NCBI GenBank assembly: GCA_021154945.1
Contig: JAJNQF010000419.1
Span: 8,532 to 72,531, forward strand
Direction of reading: 5' to 3'
Length of the DNA: 64,000 bases
Source: Sphingomonas sp.
GTDB lineage: Bacteria > Pseudomonadota > Alphaproteobacteria > Sphingomonadales > Sphingomonadaceae
Below the pieces are notes generated by a model, which saw nothing but the letters and a program-made list of their open reading frames with translations, did no database searches and had not been told where the DNA came from. Shown piece by piece: positions 39,019 through 49,406 of this stretch (position 1 is the stretch's first letter; the number at the start of each line of letters is the position of its first letter). A program made the translations under genes and the position numbers.

Positions 39019-39623
39019 GGCGCCGACAGGTCGTTGAACGCCAGCGCGAAATCGCGCGCCGTGACCTCGAAGTGAGCAGGGTGGGCACAGAAGACCCATT
39101 GTTCGGGTGGCTTGCCTCCCGCGACCTCGATTTCGCCGCACAGCCCCGTCAGCATGGCCGGTTCGGCCCCCACCACGATACGGCCGCGCAGCCCGCTGTC
39201 ATGAAGACTCGGCGCAAAAGCGACGCTGGACACGGCAAGCTGCATGGCTCTTCGTGCCGCCACGGCAACGACGGATCGCATTACCTCCGGCGTCCAATCG
39301 GCCGGGTCGCCCAACCCGATCATCAGTATCGCGTCCGCTCTGACGGGGAGGGGCGGTGTGGACAACACCATGGTTTCGCCGAGCCGGCCTTCGAAGATGC
39401 CGTCGGACCGCATACGGCGCACGGCGCCGCCCAACGCGTCGTCCAAATGCGCCAGCCCTCCCGTGATCGACATACCGTCCGCCTCACGAGCGAACATCCC
39501 CGCAATGGAGAGCATCGCCGGGATGTTGGCTACGTGATCCCCAACGATTTCGATCCGCGTCCCCCGCCAGGATCCGATGGAACGGTTGATCGGCACAGGA
39601 GGCTCGTTTTTCGATTTCGCCAT
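39012..39623 (-). CDS. Standalone peptidase M17 N-terminal-domain-like protein
   Basis: LD.ALGG.V..M...G.F.G..GE..VL and ILMIGLGD pattern; no catalytic domain. Confidence 0.6.
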   Translation of the reverse strand: MAKSKNEPPVPINRSIGSWRGTRIEIVGDHVANIPAMLSIAGMFAREADGMSITGGLAHLDDALGGAVRRMRSDGIFEGRLGETMVLSTPPLPVRADAILMIGLGDPADWTPEVMRSVVAVAARRAMQLAVSSVAFAPSLHDSGLRGRIVVGAEPAMLTGLCGEIEVAGGKPPEQWVFCAHPAHFEVTARDFALAFNDLSAPC

Positions 39624-40060
39624 ACTTCGACAACTCCGGGTGAACGCTTCGACTTCGGAAGGCCTCGACAGGATCAGCCATTCCGCCTTCGCGCACATGG
39701 ATCATGGAATCATGCGCCGTTTCTTGGCGATTCCCGCGCAATACCTTCGGAAGGGTCGGGTTCTTCGGGAGCATGCCGAACGGGCTCTCGCGCAGCACGA
39801 GGTCGAGATGAGCCTGACCATGAACAGGGCCGATACCTCTGCCTCCTCGACGGAAACGATATGCGGGGCTCGGAACGAGGCGGGCCCGCCGCTCCTTGAT
39901 TTCGCAGGCTGCGCGCGGAGGTAGGAGGGCATTGGATGGGTCAGGACAGGTGGCGTGGGGGAACGCGCTAGGCTGATCGACGAGACTACGGCTCGAGTCA
40001 CCCGCGTCCGAAGCGGTGAGCGATCGAGTCACCCACCGCACGGTCAGGTTTTCTGAACCG

Positions 40061-40882
40061 TCAGCTCTTCAGAAAAGCCATCAGATCGGCATTGTACTGG
40101 TCTCGATGGGTCATAGTGAGGGCGTGAGGTGCGCCCGCGTACCGCTTGAACTCCGAATGCGGGATCAGCTTGTGCGCCGCCTCCCCCGACATCCCGATGG
40201 GAACGGTCTGGTCCTCCTCGCCGTGTATGATCAGGGTCGGCATCGTGAAAGCCGCCATGTCGGCACGGAAGTCGGTTTCGGAAAACGCCGTTACGCAGTC
40301 GTATGTCGCCTTGATCGATGCGGTGAGCGCGATCTGAAGCGTCTGCTTGAGAATGCCTTCCGACACGGCATCCGGATGCTTGTTGGTTCCGTAGAACAGC
40401 GTCGAGAAGTCGTCGATGAACTGCGGACGGTCCTTGATCAGGCCTTCGCGGATGCCGTCGAAGATGGCCTTGGGCGCGCCGTCCGGGTTGTCGTCGGCCT
40501 TTATGAAGTAGGGAGTGACCGAGGACGTAAGGCATGCCTTAGCGACGCGGGCGCCGCGGTACTTCGAGATGTAGCGCGCAACGTCGCCGCCACCCATCGA
40601 GAAGCCGACCATCGTGACGTCCTGGACGACCGTGGTCTGCAGGATCAGGGCGATGTCGTCGGCGAACGTGTCGTAGTCGTATCCTGTCCAAGGCTGGCTT
40701 GACCGTCCGAATCCGCGACGGTCGTGGGCCAGGACACGGAAGCCGTTCGATGCGAAGTACATCATCTGCTGCTCCCACATGTCGGCGCTCAGGGGCCAGC
40801 CATGGCTGAAGAAGATTGCTGGACCAGTGCCCCAGTCCTTGTAATAGAGTTCGGTACCATCCTTGGCGGTTACGTACGGCAT
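40061..40882 (-). CDS. Alpha/beta hydrolase, arylesterase/non-haem haloperoxidase type
   Basis: LYYKDWG, SHGWPLS, DRRGFGRS, GFSMGGG, HGEEDQ, APH. Confidence 0.92.
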   Translation of the reverse strand: MPYVTAKDGTELYYKDWGTGPAIFFSHGWPLSADMWEQQMMYFASNGFRVLAHDRRGFGRSSQPWTGYDYDTFADDIALILQTTVVQDVTMVGFSMGGGDVARYISKYRGARVAKACLTSSVTPYFIKADDNPDGAPKAIFDGIREGLIKDRPQFIDDFSTLFYGTNKHPDAVSEGILKQTLQIALTASIKATYDCVTAFSETDFRADMAAFTMPTLIIHGEEDQTVPIGMSGEAAHKLIPHSEFKRYAGAPHALTMTHRDQYNADLMAFLKS

Positions 40883-41022
40883 GAAGCGCTCCTCGCGACG
40901 CGCGACCATTGCGCCCCGTTCCGTCCTCTCTTCGCAGGGCACGCGAGGCGGGGCTTGTAGGATTGGTCCCGATTTTGCGTTATCCGCACCCGTTCTCATC
41001 ACATAGGAAAGGAGCCCGCGAG

Positions 41023-41679
41023 ATGTACGACACGACCGAAGCACTGGTCATCATCGTCGATGACGACGAGCTCGTCCGCGGAGCCTTGGACAGCCTGTTC
41101 CGATCGGTGGGATTGAAGACCATCTGCTACGGCAGTGCAGCGGAGGTCCTCAACGCACCGCTTCCAAAAACGCTCTGCTGTCTGGTGGTGGACGTCAGAA
41201 TGCCGGGCATCGGCGGGTTCGAGTTCCAGGAGACGCTTGCGTCGAGGGGCGCCGACATTCCGATCATCTTCATGACGGGGCACGGGGACATCCCCATGAG
41301 CGTCAAGGCGATGAAGGCGGGAGCCGTCGACTTCCTGGCCAAACCCGTGCGGGACCAGGACATCCTCGATGCGGTGAACGCCGCCCTGGCGCGAGGCCGC
41401 GATCAGATTTCCGCTGCGGAGGATACGGCAGCCGTGAGAACCCGGCACGATTCACTGACCCCGAGGGAGACCGAAGTCATGGCCGGCGTGGTTCGCGGTC
41501 TGCTCAACAAGCAGGTCGGGGGTGAGCTGGGCATAGCCGAGATCACGGTGAAGATGCACAGGGCGAACGTCATGAAGAAGATGGGCGTCCGGACCGTCGC
41601 GGATCTTGTTCGGCTAGCCGAAGTCCTTTCGAAGACAGGGGTCGAGAGCGGTGCCAGTTCCTACGGCGCGACTAGGTAA
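41023..41679 (+). CDS. FixJ/NodW/StyR-type response regulator
   Basis: VDDD, DVRMP, MTGHGDIPMSVKAMKAGAVDFL, LNKQ, TVKMHR. Confidence 0.93.
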   Translation: MYDTTEALVIIVDDDELVRGALDSLFRSVGLKTICYGSAAEVLNAPLPKTLCCLVVDVRMPGIGGFEFQETLASRGADIPIIFMTGHGDIPMSVKAMKAGAVDFLAKPVRDQDILDAVNAALARGRDQISAAEDTAAVRTRHDSLTPRETEVMAGVVRGLLNKQVGGELGIAEITVKMHRANVMKKMGVRTVADLVRLAEVLSKTGVESGASSYGATR

Positions 41680-41690
41680 GCTATCCTGAC

Positions 41691-41706
41691 ATAGACGCTT
41701 GTATAG
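41691..41706. promoter_or_regulatory. Palindromic site ATAGAC-GCTT-GTATAG
   Basis: Intergenic, just after the FixJ-type gene; matches sites at 38338 and 60269. Confidence 0.5.
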
Positions 41707-41759
41707 GCTTACTTTTGCCGGACCACTGGTTAGTAGGCATCGTCGCCCCATTCGGGCGC

Positions 41760-42134
41760 ATGAGAGGTACGCCGTTGCACCATGCCAATATTGCGGTCGT
41801 GGATGACAACGATCTGGTCCGAGGAGCCGTCTCGAGCCTTCTTAGATCGATGGGCCATCGGACCCACGTGTTCGATTGCGGCGACGCCTTTCTATCCTCG
41901 GGCGTCGTGGTCGATTGCGTGCTCACCGACCTGCAGATGCCGGGCCGTTCGGGCCTTGCCGTCGCTGCCGAACTGGCGAGCCACGATCGTCCTCCCAGGA
42001 TCATCCTGATGACGGCCCATGCGGATCCCACCCTTGCGTCTAGATGCGAGAAACTCGGATTTGCGGCTCTTCTCGAGAAACCTCTGGACTCGAAACTACT
42101 GATAGCCGCGGTGGAAAAGGCGATCCGCCGCTAG
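41760..42134 (+). CDS. Single-domain response regulator
   Basis: VVDDN, DLQMP, MTAH, EKP. Confidence 0.88.
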   Translation: MRGTPLHHANIAVVDDNDLVRGAVSSLLRSMGHRTHVFDCGDAFLSSGVVVDCVLTDLQMPGRSGLAVAAELASHDRPPRIILMTAHADPTLASRCEKLGFAALLEKPLDSKLLIAAVEKAIRR

Positions 42135-43698
42135 CGCTTCGACCTGTCGGAAATTTCAGCAGCACGGATGCCCCGCCCTGATCGGTGGTACCGAGTTCGA
42201 TCGCCCCGTCGAGGCTCTCCATGGTCGCCTTGCAGATCGAAAGACCCAGGCCCATTCCCTCGGCCTTAGTCGTGTAGAAGGTCTGGAACGCGCTGTCCCG
42301 GTCGATGTCCCAGCCCGGCCCGTTGTCCTCTACCGCAATGATCGCGTGCGTCGCCGTACGCCGCACGCAGAGCGTCACCACGCGGTCGGCGGCACGCATC
42401 AGATGCATCGCCTGTATGGCGTTGGTGACGAGGTTCACGAGCAGCTGCTTGAGCAGGATGGGGTCCGCCTCACAGACCGCCGGATCAGCTTCGGGTTCCA
42501 GGACGATCCTGGCGGAACCCTCGGTCGCGCCCCGTTCGAACAACGAGGCGGCCTCGCGGATTACGTCGTTCAGATCGACCGGCTGAGTCTCCGTCCGCGC
42601 GTTCCCGACCAGCGCACGGACCCGCTGAACGACCTGTCCCGCATGATCGACCGCTGCAACCAAGCCCTTCAACGCGGCATCGACCTCGTCGATGGCGGGC
42701 GGGTCGCGACGGAGCCAACGGCACGCTGCATCGGTATATCCGCTGATGGCGGCGAGCGGCTGATTGATCTCGTGAGCGATGGACGCAGTCATCGCGCCGA
42801 GTGCGCTCGCCCGCTGGACCCGGGCGAGATCGGCACGGGTCCGGGCCATCTGCGTCTCCAGCCGCTTCCGTTGGCTGACGTCGAGAACGCTGCCGGGAAC
42901 GCGGGCAAGAGGCCCAGTGCCCGACAGGCTGAACATCACGATCACGTCAATCGGATCGCCGCGTCGCGGCTGAACCATCGTCTCGGCTATGAACAGCGCG
43001 CGGCGCTCATCGATCGCGATCAGGCACTCCGCGAACGTATCGTCCGTCTCCGGCAGGAAGTCGCTCAGATGCGAGAAGAACTCGGTTGGGGACTGCACCC
43101 CCATCATCGTCATGGCGGTTGCGTTCACGTCGGTTATCCGCACCATCCGGCGCGCTTCGGCGACGAACGACGGGTTGTCGGCGATGTAGCGGCGAAGATC
43201 GACGACGCCACGCGAGCGCAGTTCCGAAAGCGTGGCCTGCACGGTCGTGAAGTCGTGTTCCCAGATCCCGATGGCGAGCTCGTTGAAGATTGACCTGTAG
43301 CGTGACTCGCTGATCTCCATTGCGGCATAGACAGCTTTGCCTCTGAGCAGCAGGATCGTGGTCACTGCGTTGGCCAGCAGGCTGATGACGAGCCTGGACG
43401 CTGCCGTCATCTCCGGCGCGCGCCCGTGGACGATCGCGAAGGCGAGCAGCGTCAGCACCGCGCATGCCACGGACCATGTGATGATGGTGCGGCGACCGAC
43501 GGCTTCCGTGCCCACCATCAAGAGCGTCATCACGTAGAGCGTTGCAATCGCGCCGGGCAGGGTCGTGAGTGCGTCCAGCGCGAAGATGACGGCGGTCAGA
43601 GCAACCGGCAGTCCGGCGCGCGCAAGGTGCGACCAGCGGACGGGTGGACCATCGCCCGACGATCGAACCGACGCGAGATCAGATGCGTTCGTTGCCAT
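42040..43698 (-). CDS. Membrane sensor histidine kinase with PAS-like region (NodV/FixL-like)
   Basis: N-terminal TM helices, SESRYRSIF, AHEINQPL, NLVTNA, DNGPG, GMGLGL; start uncertain. Confidence 0.9.
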   Translation of the reverse strand: MATNASDLASVRSSGDGPPVRWSHLARAGLPVALTAVIFALDALTTLPGAIATLYVMTLLMVGTEAVGRRTIITWSVACAVLTLLAFAIVHGRAPEMTAASRLVISLLANAVTTILLLRGKAVYAAMEISESRYRSIFNELAIGIWEHDFTTVQATLSELRSRGVVDLRRYIADNPSFVAEARRMVRITDVNATAMTMMGVQSPTEFFSHLSDFLPETDDTFAECLIAIDERRALFIAETMVQPRRGDPIDVIVMFSLSGTGPLARVPGSVLDVSQRKRLETQMARTRADLARVQRASALGAMTASIAHEINQPLAAISGYTDAACRWLRRDPPAIDEVDAALKGLVAAVDHAGQVVQRVRALVGNARTETQPVDLNDVIREAASLFERGATEGSARIVLEPEADPAVCEADPILLKQLLVNLVTNAIQAMHLMRAADRVVTLCVRRTATHAIIAVEDNGPGWDIDRDSAFQTFYTTKAEGMGLGLSICKATMESLDGAIELGTTDQGGASVLLKFPTGRSASGGSPFPPRLSVVSSPEVSREEPQIRVSRI

Positions 43699-44001
43699 TG
43701 CGTAATCATACGCGCTTCGCGACAGGAGCATCAGCCCCGGACGGGGTGAAGTCGGTACCCCCGAAAGGGGGGTGGCAGCGCATTGGTGCAGGAGCATTCG
43801 CCGGCAGGGCGGGCGTTTCATCATGACGGTCGATCGGTTACCTGCGCTCCTGCTGCCGGCGGAAGATCATTTTCAACAGAGCCGGTCGCTTCGGCGCCGT
43901 TCGATGCAGCCGATGTCCGCCAGGTCCAAATCGCGCGGAGCAACGCCAAGAACGCCGGTTCCTGATCGGCCATTGTCTCGTCATCAACATGGAGACGGAT
44001 C

Positions 44002-44628
44002 ATGGCGGACAATGCACTCCTGACCCCCGCGGACTGCGCGGTGGTCTTGGTAGACGAACAGGCCGGGCTCGCCTTCGCCGCAGGTTCGGCGGACCGACAG
44101 GTTCTTCGGAGCAACGCCGTCGCACTCGCCCGGACTGCCGTAGCATTCGACATTCCCGTCGTTGCGAGCACGTCGGCGTCGAAAGTGTACAGCGGGCCGC
44201 TCATGCCGCCGCTGCGCGCCGTGCTGCCCGACGTCACGCCGATCGAGCGACGGAACATGAACCTCTGGGAGGACCAGGCAGTACGATCGGCGATCGAGGC
44301 GACAGGCCGTAAGGTCCTCGTAGTCGCCGGTCTTCTGACCGAGGCATGCGTGAGCTTTCCGGTCCTTTCAGCCTTGGCGGAAGGACGCCGCGTCCACGTG
44401 GTTGCGGATGCGTGCGGCGGACTGACCACTGCGAGCCACGAGGCGGCGCTTGTCCGGATGCAGCAGGCGGGGGCGATCATGACGTCCTGGCTGCAGTTCC
44501 TGCTGGAGATGCAACGGGACTGGACGCGGCACGAGACCTACGAGACCGCCCGTTCGATCGTCGTCGATCACGGCGGCGGGTACGGCATCGGCCTCGACTA
44601 CGCTCGCGACATGATCAAGCCAAGCTGA
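44002..44628 (+). CDS. Second YcaC-like isochorismatase-family hydrolase
   Basis: LVDEQ, MNLWED, GLLTEAC, LEMQRDW. Confidence 0.88.
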   Translation: MADNALLTPADCAVVLVDEQAGLAFAAGSADRQVLRSNAVALARTAVAFDIPVVASTSASKVYSGPLMPPLRAVLPDVTPIERRNMNLWEDQAVRSAIEATGRKVLVVAGLLTEACVSFPVLSALAEGRRVHVVADACGGLTTASHEAALVRMQQAGAIMTSWLQFLLEMQRDWTRHETYETARSIVVDHGGGYGIGLDYARDMIKPS

Positions 44629-44637
44629 GGATAGACA

Positions 44638-45111
44638 ATGAGCTTCACATTCGACGCCACCGACTGGCAGATCGTTCCGGCCCGCTCCTTCGACGACCTG
44701 AAGGTAGGCGAGATATTCCGCGCACCGAGCCGGACTTTGACGGACGCGCATGCGTCCGCCTTCCAGGCGGTCTCCTGCGACAACCATCCGATCCATTACG
44801 ACGTCGGCTACGCGAAACGCTACGGTCATCCCGCACCCGTCGTGCACGGTCTGCAGGTCCTCGCGTTCACGGCACCCGGAGCGACGCTTCTGCCCCACAA
44901 CTTCGGCGCGATATTCATCGCCTTCACCGAGCTTTCGGCGAAGTTCCTCGTCGAGGTCCACGCCGGGGACACCCTCTACTCAGCACTCGAGATCGTCGAT
45001 CTCAAGCCGCTGGACGGCAAGGGCGAGGTGACAACGAACGTCACGATCCACAATCAGGACGGGGCGCTCGTCCTGTCCGGGATGCACAAGTACCTCCTCC
45101 GCACCGGTTGA
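44638..45111 (+). CDS. MaoC-family dehydratase
   Basis: RTLTDA, DNHPIH.D..YA, VVHG, V..GDTL hotdog-fold motifs. Confidence 0.88.
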   Translation: MSFTFDATDWQIVPARSFDDLKVGEIFRAPSRTLTDAHASAFQAVSCDNHPIHYDVGYAKRYGHPAPVVHGLQVLAFTAPGATLLPHNFGAIFIAFTELSAKFLVEVHAGDTLYSALEIVDLKPLDGKGEVTTNVTIHNQDGALVLSGMHKYLLRTG

Positions 45112-45452
45112 CGCGGCAGGTCGTGCACGAGCGAGGTGCGGGTTCCCCACCTCGCTCGTAACGCGACCCGTAAAGTTGCCGACACCGCGATCAATTGCGG
45201 CTGAGCAGGACGCACGCCTTAATTGATCAGGATGATCCAAGCCACGCTCGACAGCGCGGCCTAGCCTTCAACATCAACGGCCGACGCCCGCTGCGCGATG
45301 CAACGATCCCACGGCGGCCTTCGGGGAGGCGTGCAATGAGGGTACGGCGTCAGCCTACCGGAGGCTTGGATGATCCGAACCTAATCTTTGCCCGGGTCCC
45401 GAAAGCGGCATCCGATCCGTTCCACCGTGGGCATTCTTAGCTGCGGCCGGCC

Positions 45453-46019
45453 CTAGTCCTGCGGCACCGGGACGTCGAAGCCGTTCAAGGTCATCGATAC
45501 GAAGCAGTAGTGACCGACCAGGTAGATCAACTCGTTCGTTCCGGCTTGACCGAAGCGGGCGAGGGCGCGTTCGTAGAGTGGAGCGGGAAGGGGGCCGCCG
45601 CGGAGCAACCCCTTCGCAACGTCGTGCGCGGTCGCCTCGTCGTCGTCGAGATCGTCTGGACGTTCGCCTGCAGCAAGCGCCGCGATGCGGCGATCCGTCA
45701 TCGCATGCTTGGCCCGCGCGACGGCGGAATGGGCGTAGATCTCATACGCGGCGCCGAAATGCGCGCCTGTCGCGATGATCGCCACCTGCCGCGCGGCGTC
45801 GGGAATGCGCTTCGCCTTGGTCAAGGCCTGCGTCGATCCCCAGAATGCAGCGCCGAGTTCGGGATCGTGAAGCCAAGCGTTCCATGGGCCGAGCATGGCG
45901 CCGTCGTCGCGCGTCGTCGTGAAGTCTTGGAACTTCGCCGACACGCCAGCGGCCATCTGATCGAACAGGGGCCGTTGAGCATCGGTGAGATCCGACGGAG
46001 CTATTGGGGGCAGACGCAT
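45453..46019 (-). CDS. Carboxymuconolactone decarboxylase/AhpD-like protein
   Basis: GPWNAWLH.P, AYEIYAH, LVGHY; GAGGAG RBS. Confidence 0.8.
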   Translation of the reverse strand: MRLPPIAPSDLTDAQRPLFDQMAAGVSAKFQDFTTTRDDGAMLGPWNAWLHDPELGAAFWGSTQALTKAKRIPDAARQVAIIATGAHFGAAYEIYAHSAVARAKHAMTDRRIAALAAGERPDDLDDDEATAHDVAKGLLRGGPLPAPLYERALARFGQAGTNELIYLVGHYCFVSMTLNGFDVPVPQD

Positions 46020-46162
46020 TGTTGACTCCTCATGCAGGTCGGGTCGAGACTTAGGACCACGACCGGACACGGCAACCCGCGGGGGTCGCATTGCGTCAGG
46101 TCTGCACATACGGCGTCGGTTTCGTGCAAGCGGAGGCTACCCGCCGGCAGCACGGAGGTTGC

Positions 46163-46825
46163 ATGGAAGACGAACCCGAAGCCACGCCGCCGGAAAGCGG
46201 GTTCACCCTTCGCAAGATCGATCGCGCGAAGGCGCATACGTCTTCGAAGCCGCCGACGCCGGCGCAGCGCGTCGAACGACTGCCGCCGGGGCAGCACCTG
46301 ACGACGAAATGGCCCGTGCTCGATCTCGGCGTGGAACCCGCCATCCGACATGAGGAATGGACGCTCAGCATCGAGGGCAGTTCGAAGGGCGGGGTGAGCC
46401 TGACGTGGCACGACTTCCTGGACCTTCCCCAGACCGCCATCCGTTCGGACATCCATTGCGTCACGGCATGGTCGCGGTACGACAACGATTGGGACGGCAT
46501 CGCGACCACCGACCTGCTTGCAGCCTACCCGCCGCTTTCGGACCGCACCCACGTCGTGCTCGGCTCGAGTGACGGCTACACGACGAACCTCGCGCTAGCC
46601 GACTTCGCTCACCATCAGGCGATGCTCGCGCATTCCTGGGCCGGTGACCTGCTCACGCGTGAACACGGCGGGCCGGTTCGCGCGGTCGTTCCCCATCTCT
46701 ATCTCTGGAAGAGCGCCAAATGGCTTCGTTCCATACGCTACGTGACCGAGGATGAGCCCGGGTATTGGGAGACGAGGGGCTATCACAACCGTGGCGATCC
46801 TTGGGCCGAGGAACGATACGGCTGA
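46163..46825 (+). CDS. Sulfite-oxidase-like molybdopterin oxidoreductase
   Basis: RLPPGQ, DIHCVT.WS, HGGPVR, KSAKWL, GYWE.RGYH. Confidence 0.9.
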   Translation: MEDEPEATPPESGFTLRKIDRAKAHTSSKPPTPAQRVERLPPGQHLTTKWPVLDLGVEPAIRHEEWTLSIEGSSKGGVSLTWHDFLDLPQTAIRSDIHCVTAWSRYDNDWDGIATTDLLAAYPPLSDRTHVVLGSSDGYTTNLALADFAHHQAMLAHSWAGDLLTREHGGPVRAVVPHLYLWKSAKWLRSIRYVTEDEPGYWETRGYHNRGDPWAEERYG

Positions 46826-46917
46826 CGAACCTGCCTACTCCGTGGCGCCTTCGAGATCGGCGGCTCCAAAAGTGCGTACCTCAGGCGCGCAGTCGCTTCA
46901 GATGCGAGCCGCCGGCT

Positions 46918-48042
46918 TCAGGGTTTCGGGTCGGCCTCCCCCGCCGTCTGGAAGAGATCGCGGTATCGGCGCGGCTGGCACCGAAGATACTGATCGGGCG
47001 CCTTCACGCTCGCGCCCAGATGGGCCGCCGCGTGCCATGGCCAGCGCGGATCGTAGAGCATCGCACGTGCCAGCGCGACCATGTCCGCGTCACCGGTTCC
47101 GATGATCGCTTCCGCTTGTTCGAACTCGGTGATCAGACCCACGGCGACCACGGGCATCGATACGACGGCTTCCTTAACGGCTCGTGCGAACGGCACCTGG
47201 TAGTTCGGTCCGAGGGGGATCTGCTGGCCAGGATCGAGCCCGCCGCTCGATATGTGGACTGCGTCGCATCCCCGCCTCTCCAGCGCCTTGGCGAAAGCGA
47301 CGGTCTGCTCGATGTCCCAACCCCCTTCGACCCAGTCCGAGCCGGAGATGCGCACGGTTACCGGCCTGTCGCTCGGAAACGCGTCTCGCACGGCATCGAA
47401 GACGTCGAGGGGGAATTTCATCCGGTTGGCTAGGTCGCCACCGTATTCATCAGTGCGGTGGTTGGACAACGGAGAGAGGAACTGATGCAGCAGGTAGCCG
47501 TGCGCCGCATGGAGCTGGACCGCGTCCAGTCCCAGCCTCGCAGCCCGCCGTGCCGCGTCGACGAACCCGCCGAGGATTCGCCTCATGGCCCTGTGATCAA
47601 GTTCGACCGGAGCATCCCTCCGATCATCCAGAGGCAACGGCGACGGCGCCAGCGTCTGCCAGCCATTGATCCGGTCGGCCGGAATCTGCCCGCCGCCCTT
47701 CCAGGGCACTTCCGTCGAAGCCTTCCGCCCGGCGTGGGGCAACTGGATTGAGATGGGCATGTCCGACCACTTGCGAACGCTCTCAAGCGTGCGCGCCATA
47801 GCGGCCTCGGTGGCATCGTCCCAAAGTCCGACGTCGGCGTAGCTTATCCGTCCCGCAGGCTCGATGGCCGTGGCTTCGATCGTGAGCAGGCCCGCGCCCG
47901 AAAGGGCGAGCCCTCCGAGATGGATGGTGTGCCAATCGGTCATCTGGCCATCTACCGCCGAATACTGGCACATCGGTGCGATCACGATCCTGTTCGGCAG
48001 ACGAAGTCCGCCGACGGACAGGGGTTGGAATAGCTTTGCCAC
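46918..48042 (-). CDS. NADH:flavin oxidoreductase (old yellow enzyme, YqjM-like)
   Basis: APMCQYS, HAGRK, HAAHGYLLHQFLSP, NHRTDEYGG. Confidence 0.93.
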   Translation of the reverse strand: MAKLFQPLSVGGLRLPNRIVIAPMCQYSAVDGQMTDWHTIHLGGLALSGAGLLTIEATAIEPAGRISYADVGLWDDATEAAMARTLESVRKWSDMPISIQLPHAGRKASTEVPWKGGGQIPADRINGWQTLAPSPLPLDDRRDAPVELDHRAMRRILGGFVDAARRAARLGLDAVQLHAAHGYLLHQFLSPLSNHRTDEYGGDLANRMKFPLDVFDAVRDAFPSDRPVTVRISGSDWVEGGWDIEQTVAFAKALERRGCDAVHISSGGLDPGQQIPLGPNYQVPFARAVKEAVVSMPVVAVGLITEFEQAEAIIGTGDADMVALARAMLYDPRWPWHAAAHLGASVKAPDQYLRCQPRRYRDLFQTAGEADPKP

Positions 48043-48097
48043 GGATGATCCTAACGTCTCTATCGGTTCGAACTGGTGCCGGCGGTTCCGGCCTCGC

Positions 48098-49114
48098 TCA
48101 ACGCCATCCGAGCGCTGGCGCGACGTCGTGCAGGACCGCCTCGATCACGTGGGCGCAGTAGTCCACGCCCAGTTGATTGGGCACAGTCAGCAAGAGCGTG
48201 TCGGCCTCGGCGATCGCCTCGTCCGCGCGCAACTCCTCGATGAGCGCGTCGGGAGCCGCCGCGTAGGAGCGCCCGAAGATGGCGCGCATGTCGTCGATGA
48301 CGCCTCTCTGGTCGCCGGCGTCCCCCTGTCCAAAGTAAGACCGGTCCCTGTCGTCCATGAGGGGGAAGATGGACCGCGATACCGAGACGCGCGGCTGCCA
48401 TGCATGTCCGGCTTCGTCCCATGCGCGTCGGTAGCGGCGGATTTGATCGGCCTGTTGGACATGGAACGGCTCTCCGGTCTCGTCGGCCTTGAGCGTGGAG
48501 CTCTGGAGGTTCATTCCCTGCTCCGCTGCCCAAAGCGCGGTCGCGTTCGAGGCCGAGCCCCACCAGATGCGCCTGCGCAGACCGTCGGCGTGCGGCTCAA
48601 GACGAAGCAGACCCGGCGGATTGGGAAACATTGGACGAGGGTTCGGCTGCGCGAAGCCCTCGCCCTTCAGGAGATCGAGGAAAACCTCCGCATGAGCGCG
48701 GCCCATGTCCGCATCGGTCTGTCCTTCCGTGGGAGCATAGCCGAAGTGGCGCCAGCCCTCGACGACCTGCTCCGGCGATCCCCGGCTGATACCAATCTGC
48801 AGCCGGCCACGGCTGATGAGATCGGCCGCGCCGGCGTCCTCGATCATATAGAAGGGGTTCTCGTACCGCATGTCGATCACGCCGGTGCCGATCTCGATAC
48901 TCTTCGTCCTAGCGCCGACCGCCGCCAGCAGGGGAAAGGGCGAGGCGAGCTGTTGGGCGAAATGATGGACCCTGAAGTAGGCACCGTCGGCGCCGAGATC
49001 CTCGGCAGCCACCGCGAGATCGATGGACTGGAGAAGCGTGTCGCCCGCCGAGCGCGTCGCGGACTGCAGCGAGGGCGACCAGTGGCCGAACGATAGGAAT
49101 CCGATCTTCCTCAT
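48098..49114 (-). CDS. LLM-class flavin-dependent oxidoreductase
   Basis: FLSFGHW, RVHHFA, IEIGTGV, GRLQIGISRG. Confidence 0.9.
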   Translation of the reverse strand: MRKIGFLSFGHWSPSLQSATRSAGDTLLQSIDLAVAAEDLGADGAYFRVHHFAQQLASPFPLLAAVGARTKSIEIGTGVIDMRYENPFYMIEDAGAADLISRGRLQIGISRGSPEQVVEGWRHFGYAPTEGQTDADMGRAHAEVFLDLLKGEGFAQPNPRPMFPNPPGLLRLEPHADGLRRRIWWGSASNATALWAAEQGMNLQSSTLKADETGEPFHVQQADQIRRYRRAWDEAGHAWQPRVSVSRSIFPLMDDRDRSYFGQGDAGDQRGVIDDMRAIFGRSYAAAPDALIEELRADEAIAEADTLLLTVPNQLGVDYCAHVIEAVLHDVAPALGWR

Positions 49115-49183
49115 GTCACGTCCTTATCTATCTTCGGTTCGGAGCGTCCGATCCCACGTAGGAAGCGGATGCCCGCGTCCGCA

Positions 49184-49339
49184 TCAGAAGGGCTTGCCAC
49201 CGAGACGCGCCGCCGTGAGTTCGAGAGCCATCGAGACATTGGCCGCGATAACGTGCTCGCCGATCGCGTCCGCGTGGGTCAGCGTGTCCGCCAACAACTG
49301 GCGAATCGTCTCAAGCAGTCTGATGGTTTCCGTGTTCAT
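49184..49339 (-). CDS. 51-aa helical small protein
   Basis: Manual translation MNTETIRLLETIRQLLADTLTHADAIGEHVIAANVSMALELTAARLGGKPF; AGAGGA RBS; co-oriented with neighbours. Confidence 0.6.
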   Translation of the reverse strand: MNTETIRLLETIRQLLADTLTHADAIGEHVIAANVSMALELTAARLGGKPF

Positions 49340-49406
49340 CGGGATCCTCTCTCGGCCGCCAGCCGGCTGTTGGTCCTGCCTCGGACACGGACGCCGGCAA
49401 CGCTTC

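Noticed and set aside
39577..40041. Small ORFs between the M17-like gene and the hydrolase gene
   Set aside because: Competing frames on both strands, none with a recognisable motif or clear RBS
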